The translations under genes and the position numbers were made by a program. Of a stretch of 64,000 bases of DNA, positions 53,378 to 61,983 are shown in pieces. The notes under the pieces are model-generated. The model searched no databases. It was not told the DNA's origin and worked only from the letters and a program-made list of their open reading frames with translations. This DNA is from a virus: the IMG/VR virus record IMGVR_UViG_3300047369_000650, positions 113,536 through 177,535 of that record; one strand, written 5' to 3'. How positions within the stretch are numbered: position 1 is the first letter of the stretch; each line of letters begins with the position of its first letter.

Positions 53378-54619
53378 ATGTACATAAGATATACACCAGA
53401 TCCACAATCTACTACAAGAACCGGTGGTGTAATAAGAGACATTGCACGTGCAATTAGTAGTAGCAGTATTTCGAGTCATGAGTTTAGTGATGGAATTTCT
53501 GATAATAATACTATTGAGGGAACTTTGTCTCACGGTTGGGCTTTAGATTCAAGAGATACTATTTCTACCGATGCAACCCCTGCACAAAATGATATGAAAT
53601 ATAGATTATATAATAATACAGCCGTAACCGGAGTTAAAAAAGCTTTTGCCCTTAGACCCAATGGTACTATTACACACTCAACTATTTATAATGGAACACA
53701 CTATAATGCTAATGGTAGCGGTCCTGCTATTTTTCCTCTTATGGCATATGAAGCTACTGAAGAATACGAAAGTTGGGGATATAACGGCAACAACGGCGGC
53801 TATTCTGCGTATAATGTATTTAAAGCTAATAACAATGCTGCAAGTAAAACTTATCATATTTTTGCCAATCAAAAATATATAATAATGGCTGGTTTCGGTT
53901 GGGGATCCGGGCCTATGATACAAGGATATATTGAAGTAGATAAAACTCCGATGCATCATAGATGGGAAGCTATTACTGGTAGAACATCACCCTCAGCCAT
54001 ATATTTTATGATGAGCGGATACAATAATAGAGTGCAAGCTAAAGCTATGGTTCATTATGGCCATGCAAACCCAGCCTCTTCCTTTGATTCAAATATGGTA
54101 CAATTTCCGGAAATGTGTGTAAATGGAGTAACAGGTGCTGCATATAAATGTGCAGCGTTCGGAGTTGTTGATGGTATAGCAAATGGATATGCTAAGTTTG
54201 ATGATGGATCAAATACCGGTACAGCAACAGGATTAGCTACTAATGGTAGAGATTATCCTATTACGAATTACCATTCATATCGTACAGCATTCTATAATCA
54301 AGCACAATGGAACGATACATATCTATTAGATGATAATGCAGAAAATGAAACCTCAAATATAAACAAGCCCACAAACTATTATCAGGATGCATCAGGCACA
54401 AAACATATACCATTATATCCTTTATTAGCAGACGCTAGTATGTGGATGTCGGGTTCCTTATTTAATTTATCTAAATATTGTCCAATATATAGTACTCTAG
54501 GTATGCAAGGTAGTTTTGGAGATACCATGACTGTAGGGTCTGATAAATATATTTACTTAGGCGCAGCTCCTGGGGATTCTTACTCAATGAAATACGGATT
54601 TTTTATGAAAGTAGAATAG
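53378..54619 (+). CDS. Putative virion structural protein
   Basis: 413 aa G/N/T/Y-rich in the late operon. Confidence 0.6.
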   Translation: MYIRYTPDPQSTTRTGGVIRDIARAISSSSISSHEFSDGISDNNTIEGTLSHGWALDSRDTISTDATPAQNDMKYRLYNNTAVTGVKKAFALRPNGTITHSTIYNGTHYNANGSGPAIFPLMAYEATEEYESWGYNGNNGGYSAYNVFKANNNAASKTYHIFANQKYIIMAGFGWGSGPMIQGYIEVDKTPMHHRWEAITGRTSPSAIYFMMSGYNNRVQAKAMVHYGHANPASSFDSNMVQFPEMCVNGVTGAAYKCAAFGVVDGIANGYAKFDDGSNTGTATGLATNGRDYPITNYHSYRTAFYNQAQWNDTYLLDDNAENETSNINKPTNYYQDASGTKHIPLYPLLADASMWMSGSLFNLSKYCPIYSTLGMQGSFGDTMTVGSDKYIYLGAAPGDSYSMKYGFFMKVE

Positions 54620-54831
54620 TGGCAGAATTAAATGATAGCGCCGGATCTCCCTTTGCAAATATTTATTTTGCAACTGCGGATTCTTCAAGCCAAAATGAGT
54701 TAATACCGGCTTCAGATACCATACCTGATAATATAAATTTATTTGATGAAGTACCAGCTTCATTTGGACAAATAGGTGGTTTTGGAGAGTATGTGATAAA
54801 AGGTACTTGGGGTAGAACATGGCAGAACTAA
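54619..54831 (+). CDS. Small protein, paralogue 1 of a tandem pair
   Basis: GTG start overlapping the previous stop; MAELNDSAGSPFANIYF... Confidence 0.6.
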   Translation: MAELNDSAGSPFANIYFATADSSSQNELIPASDTIPDNINLFDEVPASFGQIGGFGEYVIKGTWGRTWQN

Positions 54832-54925
54832 ATGATAGTGCTGGATCTCCCTTTGCAAATATTTATTTTGCATTGGCAGATTCTTCAAGCCAAAATGACT
54901 TAATACAAGCTTCAGATACCATACC
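54619..54925 (+). repeat. Direct repeat of about 107 bp (54619-54725 and 54819-54925)
   Basis: Shared blocks GGATCTCCCTTTGCAAATATTTATTTTGCA, GATTCTTCAAGCCAAAATGA and GCTTCAGATACCATACC; period 200 bp. Confidence 0.92.
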
Positions 54926-55019
54926 GCAACAAATAATCATTGAAGTTGCTCCAAGCCCAGTTGGAAATGGATGGATTGGAGAATATAAAGACGGATTTAA
55001 AAAAGGAGAGAGTTGGTAA
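54819..55019 (+). CDS. Small protein, paralogue 2 of a tandem pair
   Basis: First 36 aa are 33/36 identical to paralogue 1. Confidence 0.6.
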   Translation: MAELNDSAGSPFANIYFALADSSSQNDLIQASDTIPQQIIIEVAPSPVGNGWIGEYKDGFKKGESW

Positions 55020-55020
55020 T

Positions 55021-55356
55021 ATGTCTATTAATATTCAGAAAAGTGTTGTGAAATATAGAAAGCAACTTGAGTATAGTACAGGTACTGAAACTCTTTTAAA
55101 TACTATAACCCATGCTTGGGTTCTATTTAGTGTTAGAAATGAGGAGAATGAAGAAGTTGTTAATTTTACAAGAGTTTATGCTTTGCCATCAGGCAGTTCT
55201 CCAGAATATATAGAAGAATCTAATGTTACTCAAGAGATGATTTTAAACTGGTTAGATAATTTAATTGATATAAATTCTATGCATCCATATGCAAACGATT
55301 TAATAGCAGCTAATGAAGTAGTAGAAAATCATGAAGCTATTGTAAATATGAGTTAA
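55021..55356 (+). CDS. Hypothetical protein, possibly tail-fibre associated
   Basis: ATG after GGAG; EYIEESNVTQEMILNWL motif. Confidence 0.6.
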   Translation: MSINIQKSVVKYRKQLEYSTGTETLLNTITHAWVLFSVRNEENEEVVNFTRVYALPSGSSPEYIEESNVTQEMILNWLDNLIDINSMHPYANDLIAANEVVENHEAIVNMS

Positions 55357-55526
55357 TCTCTAATTATTCCTATAGGACAATCTTGCCAATCCCATATCCA
55401 ATGCCTTTCTTTCATCCAAGATTTTTCTGGATGTTGATAAATGCATACTCGCACTAAAGTTGACGGTGGTTGATTATCAATATAGATCATTGTAAGTGTA
55501 GTAAAAACCAGTGGCCAGATTACCAC
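55353..55526 (-). CDS. Small hypothetical protein (57 aa)
   Basis: GTG overlaps the upstream stop; MVIWPLVFTTLTMIY...VCIYQH...WQDCPIGIIRD. Confidence 0.5.
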   Translation of the reverse strand: MVIWPLVFTTLTMIYIDNQPPSTLVRVCIYQHPEKSWMKERHWIWDWQDCPIGIIRD

Positions 55527-56002
55527 CAACCAGCGCCAAGACCAGTTAAGAATGTTCCACCACCAACAATTCCAAATCCTAATGTTATTAAGAATATGAG
55601 AAGTAAACCTTCAAAAAATGCCGCTCTTTTTTCTTGTTGTTTATAAATGGTTTCTTCACGTTCTTTTTTAATTGAACGTCTCAGCTCAACCATTTCTCTC
55701 CAGGTTCCAAAACCAAAACGAACATTTAATAGGTCTTGAAGTTGCTTTTCTTGCTCTTCAAGTTTCTTTTTGTGTATGAGTATTTCAAGAGCCTCTTGCT
55801 CAACCGAACCACCACTAAATAATTTAGTAAAGATAGGCGGATTCTTTCTTTGAGACTCTGCTCTGCTTAAATCTGCTGCGGCGCCATACCACTTTCCTAA
55901 TTGACCAACTACATCCTCTATTTCTCGTCCTGCTGCGACAAGTTTTTTCACTCCATTGAAAGCAGCCGTTGCAGCACTAATTGCTGTAATCGGATCAATC
56001 AT
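55520..56002 (-). CDS. Hypothetical membrane protein
   Basis: MIDPITAISAATAAFNGVKKLV..., coiled coil, C-terminal TM segment. Confidence 0.75.
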   Translation of the reverse strand: MIDPITAISAATAAFNGVKKLVAAGREIEDVVGQLGKWYGAAADLSRAESQRKNPPIFTKLFSGGSVEQEALEILIHKKKLEEQEKQLQDLLNVRFGFGTWREMVELRRSIKKEREETIYKQQEKRAAFFEGLLLIFLITLGFGIVGGGTFLTGLGAGWW

Positions 56003-56029
56003 TTTTTAAAAATCTAACCTCTCTAATTA

Positions 56030-58477
56030 TTAACCTTCTAATGGTGCTGATGGAATGTTGCTGGTTTCATCGGCTGCAGTGTAGCGAGCTAGACCTTTAG
56101 TGATACGGAAGTCTTGAAGATAACCAGTAAAATATTCAGTTGAGTTTCTCCATTCGCCAATTCTAAATGTAATATCATTATCCACATCAACATCTCTTGT
56201 AGTGGAGATAATACGACTCCCATCGGCATAAACATTTACAAGACCACTGACTCTCGTAATAGCAAGATGACCCCAAGTATTTAAGGTAAATGGATTAGTC
56301 GCAGACATCCATGTTCCATCAGCCGTTCCACTATTCACGCCAATTAAAATTGTTGCAGACGCTATATAAACACTTATTGAGGGAGGAGATGACGAACTAG
56401 TTGAAGTAGTTTTTCGGAACAATGCTTTATTCCAACTGCTAGACCTTAACCACGTTTCAATAGTAAAATCATCAGTTCCAAATTTTCCCACATCAGCGGC
56501 CGCAGTAATGTAATCTCCAGTTCCATCAAAATACATTGACTTAGTATCAGCAAACTTAACCTGAGTTGTTGAACCAGTAGTATTGCCAAACATCTTTAAA
56601 TTAGAACTTTGAGACTTATCTATAATAGAGGCATCTGTGCCTTTGATATGTAATAAAGAGTTAGTAGATGATATTGGCTCAGTGGGTGGTGTGAAGTTAG
56701 ATGTATAAAGTGCCGTTCCCTTGGTAATTTTTATATCAGATAAAAATGCTGTAAGAAGTTCTGAACTTCCATTATTATTACCTATACTCATAGGTCCATA
56801 GGTAAGATTGTTAGAACTGGTTCCTGAAACTTGTTGGATTCCGTCTACAAATTGACGAAGTGTGCTTCCGCTTCTTGTAAAAGCAATGTGATGCCACTGA
56901 TTTAACTTTATAACTCCTGCTGCTGTACTTGCAACATGCCCCCCTGTATAGAAATACATATATCCAGAATTATGTATGCCCCAAACAAACTCATTTACAC
57001 TAGTTGATGCCGCGTTTCTTTGAGCAACTATGCTTTGCCATGTGGCACCCGTTGCTGGTCTATAAATCCAACCCTCCAGTGTAAAATCTCCAGTACCAAA
57101 CGTATCTGTATTATTAGAGGCCACCAAATAATCACCAGTACCATCAAAATACACAGATCCACCGTGATCGGCTGCTGAGTATCTTAAGTTGTCGTAGGGC
57201 GAGAATGGTTTTGTGGTGGGGTCGCCGCTGACTGCGATAGAGTGATTGTTAGTCGATCCGTCAGCAATGTATGGCAGGTGACATGTAAGAAGTGAAGTAT
57301 TAGTAACCGCTTCTAAAGGATCCGTAGGCCCACCAGAAGCCGGCGTGATTGCAGTACCAACTACTGCCCTTACATCCCTTATATAACCGCCAAATTGAGA
57401 GGTTACTGTATATGTACGGGAAACACCGATACCTAAATTTGTATCAGTAAAGTTTGCTGAAGAACTGTAAGTACCCCCAGAAGTACCGTCTAAGTAGATG
57501 GTTATAACGCCAGAGCTTCTAACGAGAGAAATATGATGCCATCTTTTAGTTGTACAGATTTGCGTGGAAGTGATTTGAAACCCATAATTGGTAAATAGAT
57601 AGGGCGCTCCTGTTGCCGTTACACCTAAAGCAAAACCTGTTGCAGAAGCTGTTGTCGCCCGATTATCATAAATTGCGTTATAGTCTTTTAAACTATCTAA
57701 CCAGACCCAAGCTTCTACAGTAAAATTGCCATTGCCCAAAGCTGTGCCTGTTAGTGCAAGCCAATCCCCAGACCCATCAAAGTAAGTGCTATATCCACCA
57801 TGCCGGTACGGGCTGAACGTACCGGCATGAGTATCGCCGTTTACAGTAATCGTATGATTGTTGGTTGATGAATCAGTTATGTTATTATTATCAGATGTAT
57901 CAGTTACTTTCGCTAGTAAAGTCGTATATCTACTATTTTCTATAACACTAATAAAATTAAGAGTAAAGCTTGATACTTGAGGTAGAATATTAACACCATC
58001 TGTTGCTCTAAAGGTAATAGAACCAGTCAATTCAACCCCTTCTCCAACTTCAGAAACTGTCTTTGGAGTAATCGTAAATACACTGGAATCTTGGCTAATA
58101 GTTGCCATAGAATCCATAGATCCACTAGTCACGTAATTATAAGAAATAGATAATCCATCCGGATCACTAGCTGCAAGCGTAATAACTGTCGCATCTTGCG
58201 GGCTATCTGCATCTAACTCATATGAAGCTGCTGGCTGTCCGCCAGAGTCCCATGTAGGACTTGCATTAATAAGGGCTATTCTATACCAGCCTGATCCGTT
58301 CCAAATATAAAGATTATTATTAATGACTCTCTGATCCCCAACAGTATTGCCTACTGCAGTTAAATCTTCCGTTGTAGCTACTTGTTCGATTGTGGATATA
58401 TCATCGGAAAGTCGGTCGGCTTTAATCTGACCGCTACCTGCTATTAACTGGCTAAAAAGTCTGGACTTACTTGGCAT
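56030..58477 (-). CDS. Virion protein with cadherin-like domain and three LamG/ConA-like domains
   Basis: ITLAASDPDG cadherin-like motif; three S.YFDG.GD(Y/W)...G..DFT.E.W...W.H.A..R units; late promoter upstream. Confidence 0.82.
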   Translation of the reverse strand: MPSKSRLFSQLIAGSGQIKADRLSDDISTIEQVATTEDLTAVGNTVGDQRVINNNLYIWNGSGWYRIALINASPTWDSGGQPAASYELDADSPQDATVITLAASDPDGLSISYNYVTSGSMDSMATISQDSSVFTITPKTVSEVGEGVELTGSITFRATDGVNILPQVSSFTLNFISVIENSRYTTLLAKVTDTSDNNNITDSSTNNHTITVNGDTHAGTFSPYRHGGYSTYFDGSGDWLALTGTALGNGNFTVEAWVWLDSLKDYNAIYDNRATTASATGFALGVTATGAPYLFTNYGFQITSTQICTTKRWHHISLVRSSGVITIYLDGTSGGTYSSSANFTDTNLGIGVSRTYTVTSQFGGYIRDVRAVVGTAITPASGGPTDPLEAVTNTSLLTCHLPYIADGSTNNHSIAVSGDPTTKPFSPYDNLRYSAADHGGSVYFDGTGDYLVASNNTDTFGTGDFTLEGWIYRPATGATWQSIVAQRNAASTSVNEFVWGIHNSGYMYFYTGGHVASTAAGVIKLNQWHHIAFTRSGSTLRQFVDGIQQVSGTSSNNLTYGPMSIGNNNGSSELLTAFLSDIKITKGTALYTSNFTPPTEPISSTNSLLHIKGTDASIIDKSQSSNLKMFGNTTGSTTQVKFADTKSMYFDGTGDYITAAADVGKFGTDDFTIETWLRSSSWNKALFRKTTSTSSSSPPSISVYIASATILIGVNSGTADGTWMSATNPFTLNTWGHLAITRVSGLVNVYADGSRIISTTRDVDVDNDITFRIGEWRNSTEYFTGYLQDFRITKGLARYTAADETSNIPSAPLEG

Positions 58478-58509
58478 AAGGATTCTCTCATTTACATCAT
58501 AGTTGATAC

Positions 58510-58517
58510 TATTTATA
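58510..58517 (-). promoter_or_regulatory. T4-type late promoter (minus strand)
   Basis: TATTTATA on the plus strand equals TATAAATA on the minus strand, 33 nt upstream of the LamG gene. Confidence 0.75.
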
Positions 58518-58530
58518 AAAAAAAATTAAT

Positions 58531-58612
58531 AAAATGCATTTTAGGGGTTTACAAGGTATAATTAATAATATATAATGTTTACATATTAAATGAGAAAGAA
58601 TCGGAGATAACT
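58531..58612 (+). promoter_or_regulatory. Early promoter cassette copy E
   Basis: AAAATGCATTTTAGGGGTTTACA-N17-TATAAT...AGAATCGGAGA. Confidence 0.85.
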
Positions 58613-58750
58613 ATGATGACTCACAAAGTAAAAGAAATGATTGAATTCCTAGGCGAGAACGGTATTCGTGTCTCACCAACATTTAGCCGCTATTCTGAAG
58701 AAGTGCAGCTTAAAGTATTAAATAAAATGATTCGTGAATTAGTGGCATAA
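58613..58750 (+). CDS. Small early protein (45 aa)
   Basis: MMTHKVKEMIEFLGENGIRVSPTFSRYSEEVQLKVLNKMIRELVA behind cassette E. Confidence 0.65.
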   Translation: MMTHKVKEMIEFLGENGIRVSPTFSRYSEEVQLKVLNKMIRELVA

Positions 58751-58761
58751 GGAGATATATA

Positions 58762-59721
58762 ATGGCACATGAAGTAGAAACAATGGCATACGCTGGAGCA
58801 CTACCTTGGCACGGTCTTGGAGTACCAGTAAGTAATGATTTAACACCAGCACAGATGCAGCAAAAGGCTGGTCTTGACTGGGAAGTTGAAAAAGTTGATG
58901 CTTACATAAATGTTGGTGGAGAACAAGTACCTACAGGACAACAAGCTCTTATTCGTACTAGTGATAACACTATTCTTACAAATGTCGGAGAAAATTGGAA
59001 TCCAGTACAAAACTCTGAAGCGTTTAATTTCTTTTCAGATTATGTAATGGCTGGAGATATGGAAATGCATACAGCTGGTTCATTAAAGAATGGACAGATT
59101 GTATGGGCTTTGGCTAAAGTAAAAGAATCATTTGATGTATTCGGTAAGGAAGATCAAGTTGATTCATACATGCTTTTCTCAAATCCACACCAGTATGGAA
59201 AAGCAATCGATGTTCGGTTTACACCAATTCGTGTTGTTTGCAATAATACTCTTACATTAAGCCTTAGTCAGAAAGCTGATAAGTCTGTAAAAGTTGGCCA
59301 CCGGTCGGTCTTCAACCCAGAAATGGTAAAAGAACAACTCGGTATTGCACATGAGAAATTTGAGAAGTATAAAGAAATGGCTCAGTTCTTAGGCTCTAAG
59401 CGTTTTAAAGTTGAAGACCTTCTTAACTTCTATAATGATATCGCTCCACATAGTACTACTGAAGGGAAAGAAAAAGTTATTACTTCATATGAAGACCTTT
59501 CCCGTGGTGCTAAAATGTGTTTTGATGCACTAGAATCGCAGCCTGGTGCAGAACTTGGTGCTGGTACTTGGTGGCAAGCATTTAACTCAGTAACATATTA
59601 CACTGATCACCAGCAAGGACGGAATGCAGAAAATCGTCTTTATAATCAGTGGTTTGGATATAACCAAACACGTAAAGTAAAAGCTGCAGAATCAGCCGTA
59701 CAATATGCTAGTGCCTCCTAA
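58762..59721 (+). CDS. DUF932 (phage/plasmid LGT_TIGR03299-like) protein
   Basis: MAHEVETMAY...PWHGLG, AGLDWEV, YMLFSNPH.YG, TPIRVVCNNTL, WWQAFNSVTYYTDH. Confidence 0.85.
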   Translation: MAHEVETMAYAGALPWHGLGVPVSNDLTPAQMQQKAGLDWEVEKVDAYINVGGEQVPTGQQALIRTSDNTILTNVGENWNPVQNSEAFNFFSDYVMAGDMEMHTAGSLKNGQIVWALAKVKESFDVFGKEDQVDSYMLFSNPHQYGKAIDVRFTPIRVVCNNTLTLSLSQKADKSVKVGHRSVFNPEMVKEQLGIAHEKFEKYKEMAQFLGSKRFKVEDLLNFYNDIAPHSTTEGKEKVITSYEDLSRGAKMCFDALESQPGAELGAGTWWQAFNSVTYYTDHQQGRNAENRLYNQWFGYNQTRKVKAAESAVQYASAS

Positions 59722-59733
59722 GGCACTAGTTAC

Positions 59734-59741
59734 TATAAATA
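59734..59741 (+). promoter_or_regulatory. T4-type late promoter
   Basis: TATAAATA after a 9-bp hairpin (59708-59729). Confidence 0.6.
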
Positions 59742-59772
59742 AAGCTTATCGGGAACTATACGGGAGGCTTGA

Positions 59773-59955
59773 ATGTACGAAGTCGTAAAGGACATATCAA
59801 GTCATTTAAAACTTAGAGATTTTGCACATATGTTACAAGAAAACAATTTAACGTGTAAGATTTTGGAAGTAAAGGATACTAAAATAACGGTATCCTTTAC
59901 TGCTAGAAATAAAGAATCTTATGAAAAATTAAAAGAAATGATGGAAACCAACTAA
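59773..59955 (+). CDS. Hypothetical protein
   Basis: 60 aa with GGAGG RBS. Confidence 0.65.
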   Translation: MYEVVKDISSHLKLRDFAHMLQENNLTCKILEVKDTKITVSFTARNKESYEKLKEMMETN

Positions 59956-59977
59956 GTTTTACATAGCTGTTACACAA
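59956..59977 (+). promoter_or_regulatory. Possible Pho-box-like 11-bp tandem repeat
   Basis: GTTTTAC-ATAG-CTGTTAC-ACAA upstream of the PiT-like gene; the second half-site matches CTGT(C/A)A(C/T) at 6/7. Confidence 0.35.
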
Positions 59978-60078
59978 ACTTTTTAAATCCTTAATAAATA
60001 ATTTTGAGGCAATGGGTAAAGCATTGCCTTTTTTACTGTGAGCGATGGTGTAAAGCCATCAAGCAAAGGAGAAATTAA

Positions 60079-61032
60079 ATGGAACTGCTTACAATGTGGA
60101 GTCTTATAGGCTTCCTGCTTGCTGCCTATGCAGTTATAGCAAACGATTCAGTACAAACTCTCGGTACATGGATGGCATCAAATAATGAGAGATTTAACTA
60201 TAAAACATTATGGATTGCAGCATCTGCTGTTCTATTGGCTACACTATGGTATGGTTGGTCAGTTAATGGTGGAGATATATCATATGGTCGCCTAAATAAA
60301 ATTCCATGGCAAGAAGTGCAATGGTATCATGCATTAGCACCCGCAATTCTTGTGGCATTAACAAGAGTTGGTGTGCCAGTCTCAACTTCATTTTTAGTCT
60401 TGTCTGTATTTGCATCAACATTTGTATTAGAAAAAATGTTGATGAAATCTATTATGGGGTATGGTGTTGCAGCTTTATTTGCCTACGGCATCTGGTGGTT
60501 AATCAGCACGTGGTTTGATGAAACAAAACCTGTAAATGAAGGCAATAAAGATTATTGGAGAATTGCTCAGTGGTTTGCTACTGGTGGGTTATGGTGGACT
60601 TGGCTTTCACACGATATGGCAAATATTGCGGTATTCTTACCACGCCAGGTTCCTATGGATTTAATGATATTAATATCTATAGTATTTGTTGCTGGGCTAT
60701 TCTTTATGTTTAGAGAACGTGGTGGAAAAATACAGCAGATTGTTTTAGAAAAACATAACACACGCTATGTGCGCTCGGCAACACTAATTGATTTATTCTA
60801 TTGGTTGTGTTTATATTTCTTTAAAGAACTAAATGATATTCCTATGAGTACAACCTGGGTCTTTGTCGGATTACTTGCTGGACGAGAATTAGCTATGGCA
60901 CAGTTTACAGGTAAAAAGAAAACCAAATCAGTTTTTCCATTGGTCGCAAAAGATTTTGGTAAGATGATGGTAGGGCTTGGTGCATCAGTTGCTCTTGTTT
61001 TACTAATTCACTATGTAATTAATCCACAATAA
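60079..61032 (+). CDS. PiT/PHO4-related inorganic anion (phosphate/sulfate) transporter
   Basis: About 10 hydrophobic segments; IANDSVQTLGT, GVPVSTS, SHDMANIA and IPMSTT resemble the duplicated PiT signatures. Confidence 0.65.
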   Translation: MELLTMWSLIGFLLAAYAVIANDSVQTLGTWMASNNERFNYKTLWIAASAVLLATLWYGWSVNGGDISYGRLNKIPWQEVQWYHALAPAILVALTRVGVPVSTSFLVLSVFASTFVLEKMLMKSIMGYGVAALFAYGIWWLISTWFDETKPVNEGNKDYWRIAQWFATGGLWWTWLSHDMANIAVFLPRQVPMDLMILISIVFVAGLFFMFRERGGKIQQIVLEKHNTRYVRSATLIDLFYWLCLYFFKELNDIPMSTTWVFVGLLAGRELAMAQFTGKKKTKSVFPLVAKDFGKMMVGLGASVALVLLIHYVINPQ

Positions 61033-61051
61033 ATCAGTTTACATAAACGCT

Positions 61052-61078
61052 AAGGGGGGCATAAAGCCCCCCTTTTTT
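61052..61078. terminator. Intrinsic terminator between convergent genes
   Basis: AAGGGGGGC-ATAAA-GCCCCCCTT-TTTT. Confidence 0.85.
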
Positions 61079-61102
61079 ATTTCCCGTATTTTCACTGGCT
61101 AA

Positions 61103-61336
61103 TTATTTTTTATTCCAAATATGCCACAAAATGGCTAAAGCAACTAAACCTACCAGACCCTGTTCACTAAAGTTACCTAGCAATCCGAGAATGTTTGCTG
61201 TAACGTTGACGTCTGGCCAAAATGGAATATTCATCCCGTCGAAAAGGATTTCAAGGACGATGCCTAGTCCGATTAGGCTTACACCTGCTTCAGCTAAAGC
61301 TCCAGCCCATGATTTTACTTTATTAAGGATTTCCAT
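61103..61336 (-). CDS. Small two-TM membrane protein
   Basis: 77 aa, AGGAG RBS, two hydrophobic helices, basic C-terminus. Confidence 0.75.
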   Translation of the reverse strand: MEILNKVKSWAGALAEAGVSLIGLGIVLEILFDGMNIPFWPDVNVTANILGLLGNFSEQGLVGLVALAILWHIWNKK

Positions 61337-61469
61337 CTAATATCTCCTATATTGTTTTTGGAAAAGTATGACGGTATATACTTGTATACTCGGTCATGAT
61401 TTTATTTAGCAATGTAATAATTTATATTTTGCTTACTTTTTAATCACTGTAACATAAAAGATACATAGA

Positions 61470-61558
61470 AAAAAAGTGCATAAAAATGCATTTTAGGGGT
61501 TTACAAACTATGCATAATAGTATATGTTGTAAGAGTAAATAGAATCGGAGATAAGAAA
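61470..61558 (+). promoter_or_regulatory. Early promoter cassette copy F
   Basis: GTGCATAAAAATGCATTTTAGGGGTTTACA-N17-TATGTT-GTAAGAGTAAATAGAATCGGAGA. Confidence 0.85.
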
Positions 61559-61906
61559 ATGAAATACACAGTTTACCAAATCCGCTACACAGAAGATGAA
61601 ATCGCTGGAATCAATGCTGGTACTAAAAGCATGAAGCGTGAAATTCGTGATAATATGGCTATGGACTTCCGTGGAGAGAAAATGGTGGATCTTGTTGAAA
61701 AAGCTCTGTATGAAAATTTTTACACTGCGGTTTCTTTTATTGAAGCTACTTGTTTAGATGAAGTTTTTCAAGTTGGTAACATTGGTCCTGAAACTCAGAT
61801 TACTCGTTTGGGTCGGATGGCTTCTATCTCAGTTGGTGATCTTATCGAAGATGAAGATGGTAACCGTCACGTTGTAGCAAACTTTGGCTTTAAAGAAGTT
61901 GCATAA
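61559..61906 (+). CDS. Hypothetical early protein
   Basis: 115 aa; LDEVFQVGN...RMASISVGDLI motif. Confidence 0.75.
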   Translation: MKYTVYQIRYTEDEIAGINAGTKSMKREIRDNMAMDFRGEKMVDLVEKALYENFYTAVSFIEATCLDEVFQVGNIGPETQITRLGRMASISVGDLIEDEDGNRHVVANFGFKEVA

Positions 61907-61983
61907 AAATGCATTTTAGGGGTTTACAAGATCCCTAAAATATACTATATTAGTTATGTAAAGAGAATCGGAAGGATATAAAA
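61901..61983 (+). promoter_or_regulatory. Early promoter cassette copy G
   Basis: GCATAAAAATGCATTTTAGGGGTTTACA-N17-TATATT...AGAGAATCGGAAGGA. Confidence 0.85.

Noticed and set aside
11413-61983. Dispersed ~20-30 bp repeats as a CRISPR array or IS ends
   Set aside because: They are scattered rather than regularly spaced, no cas or transposase gene is present, and each contains -35/-10 boxes ahead of an RBS.
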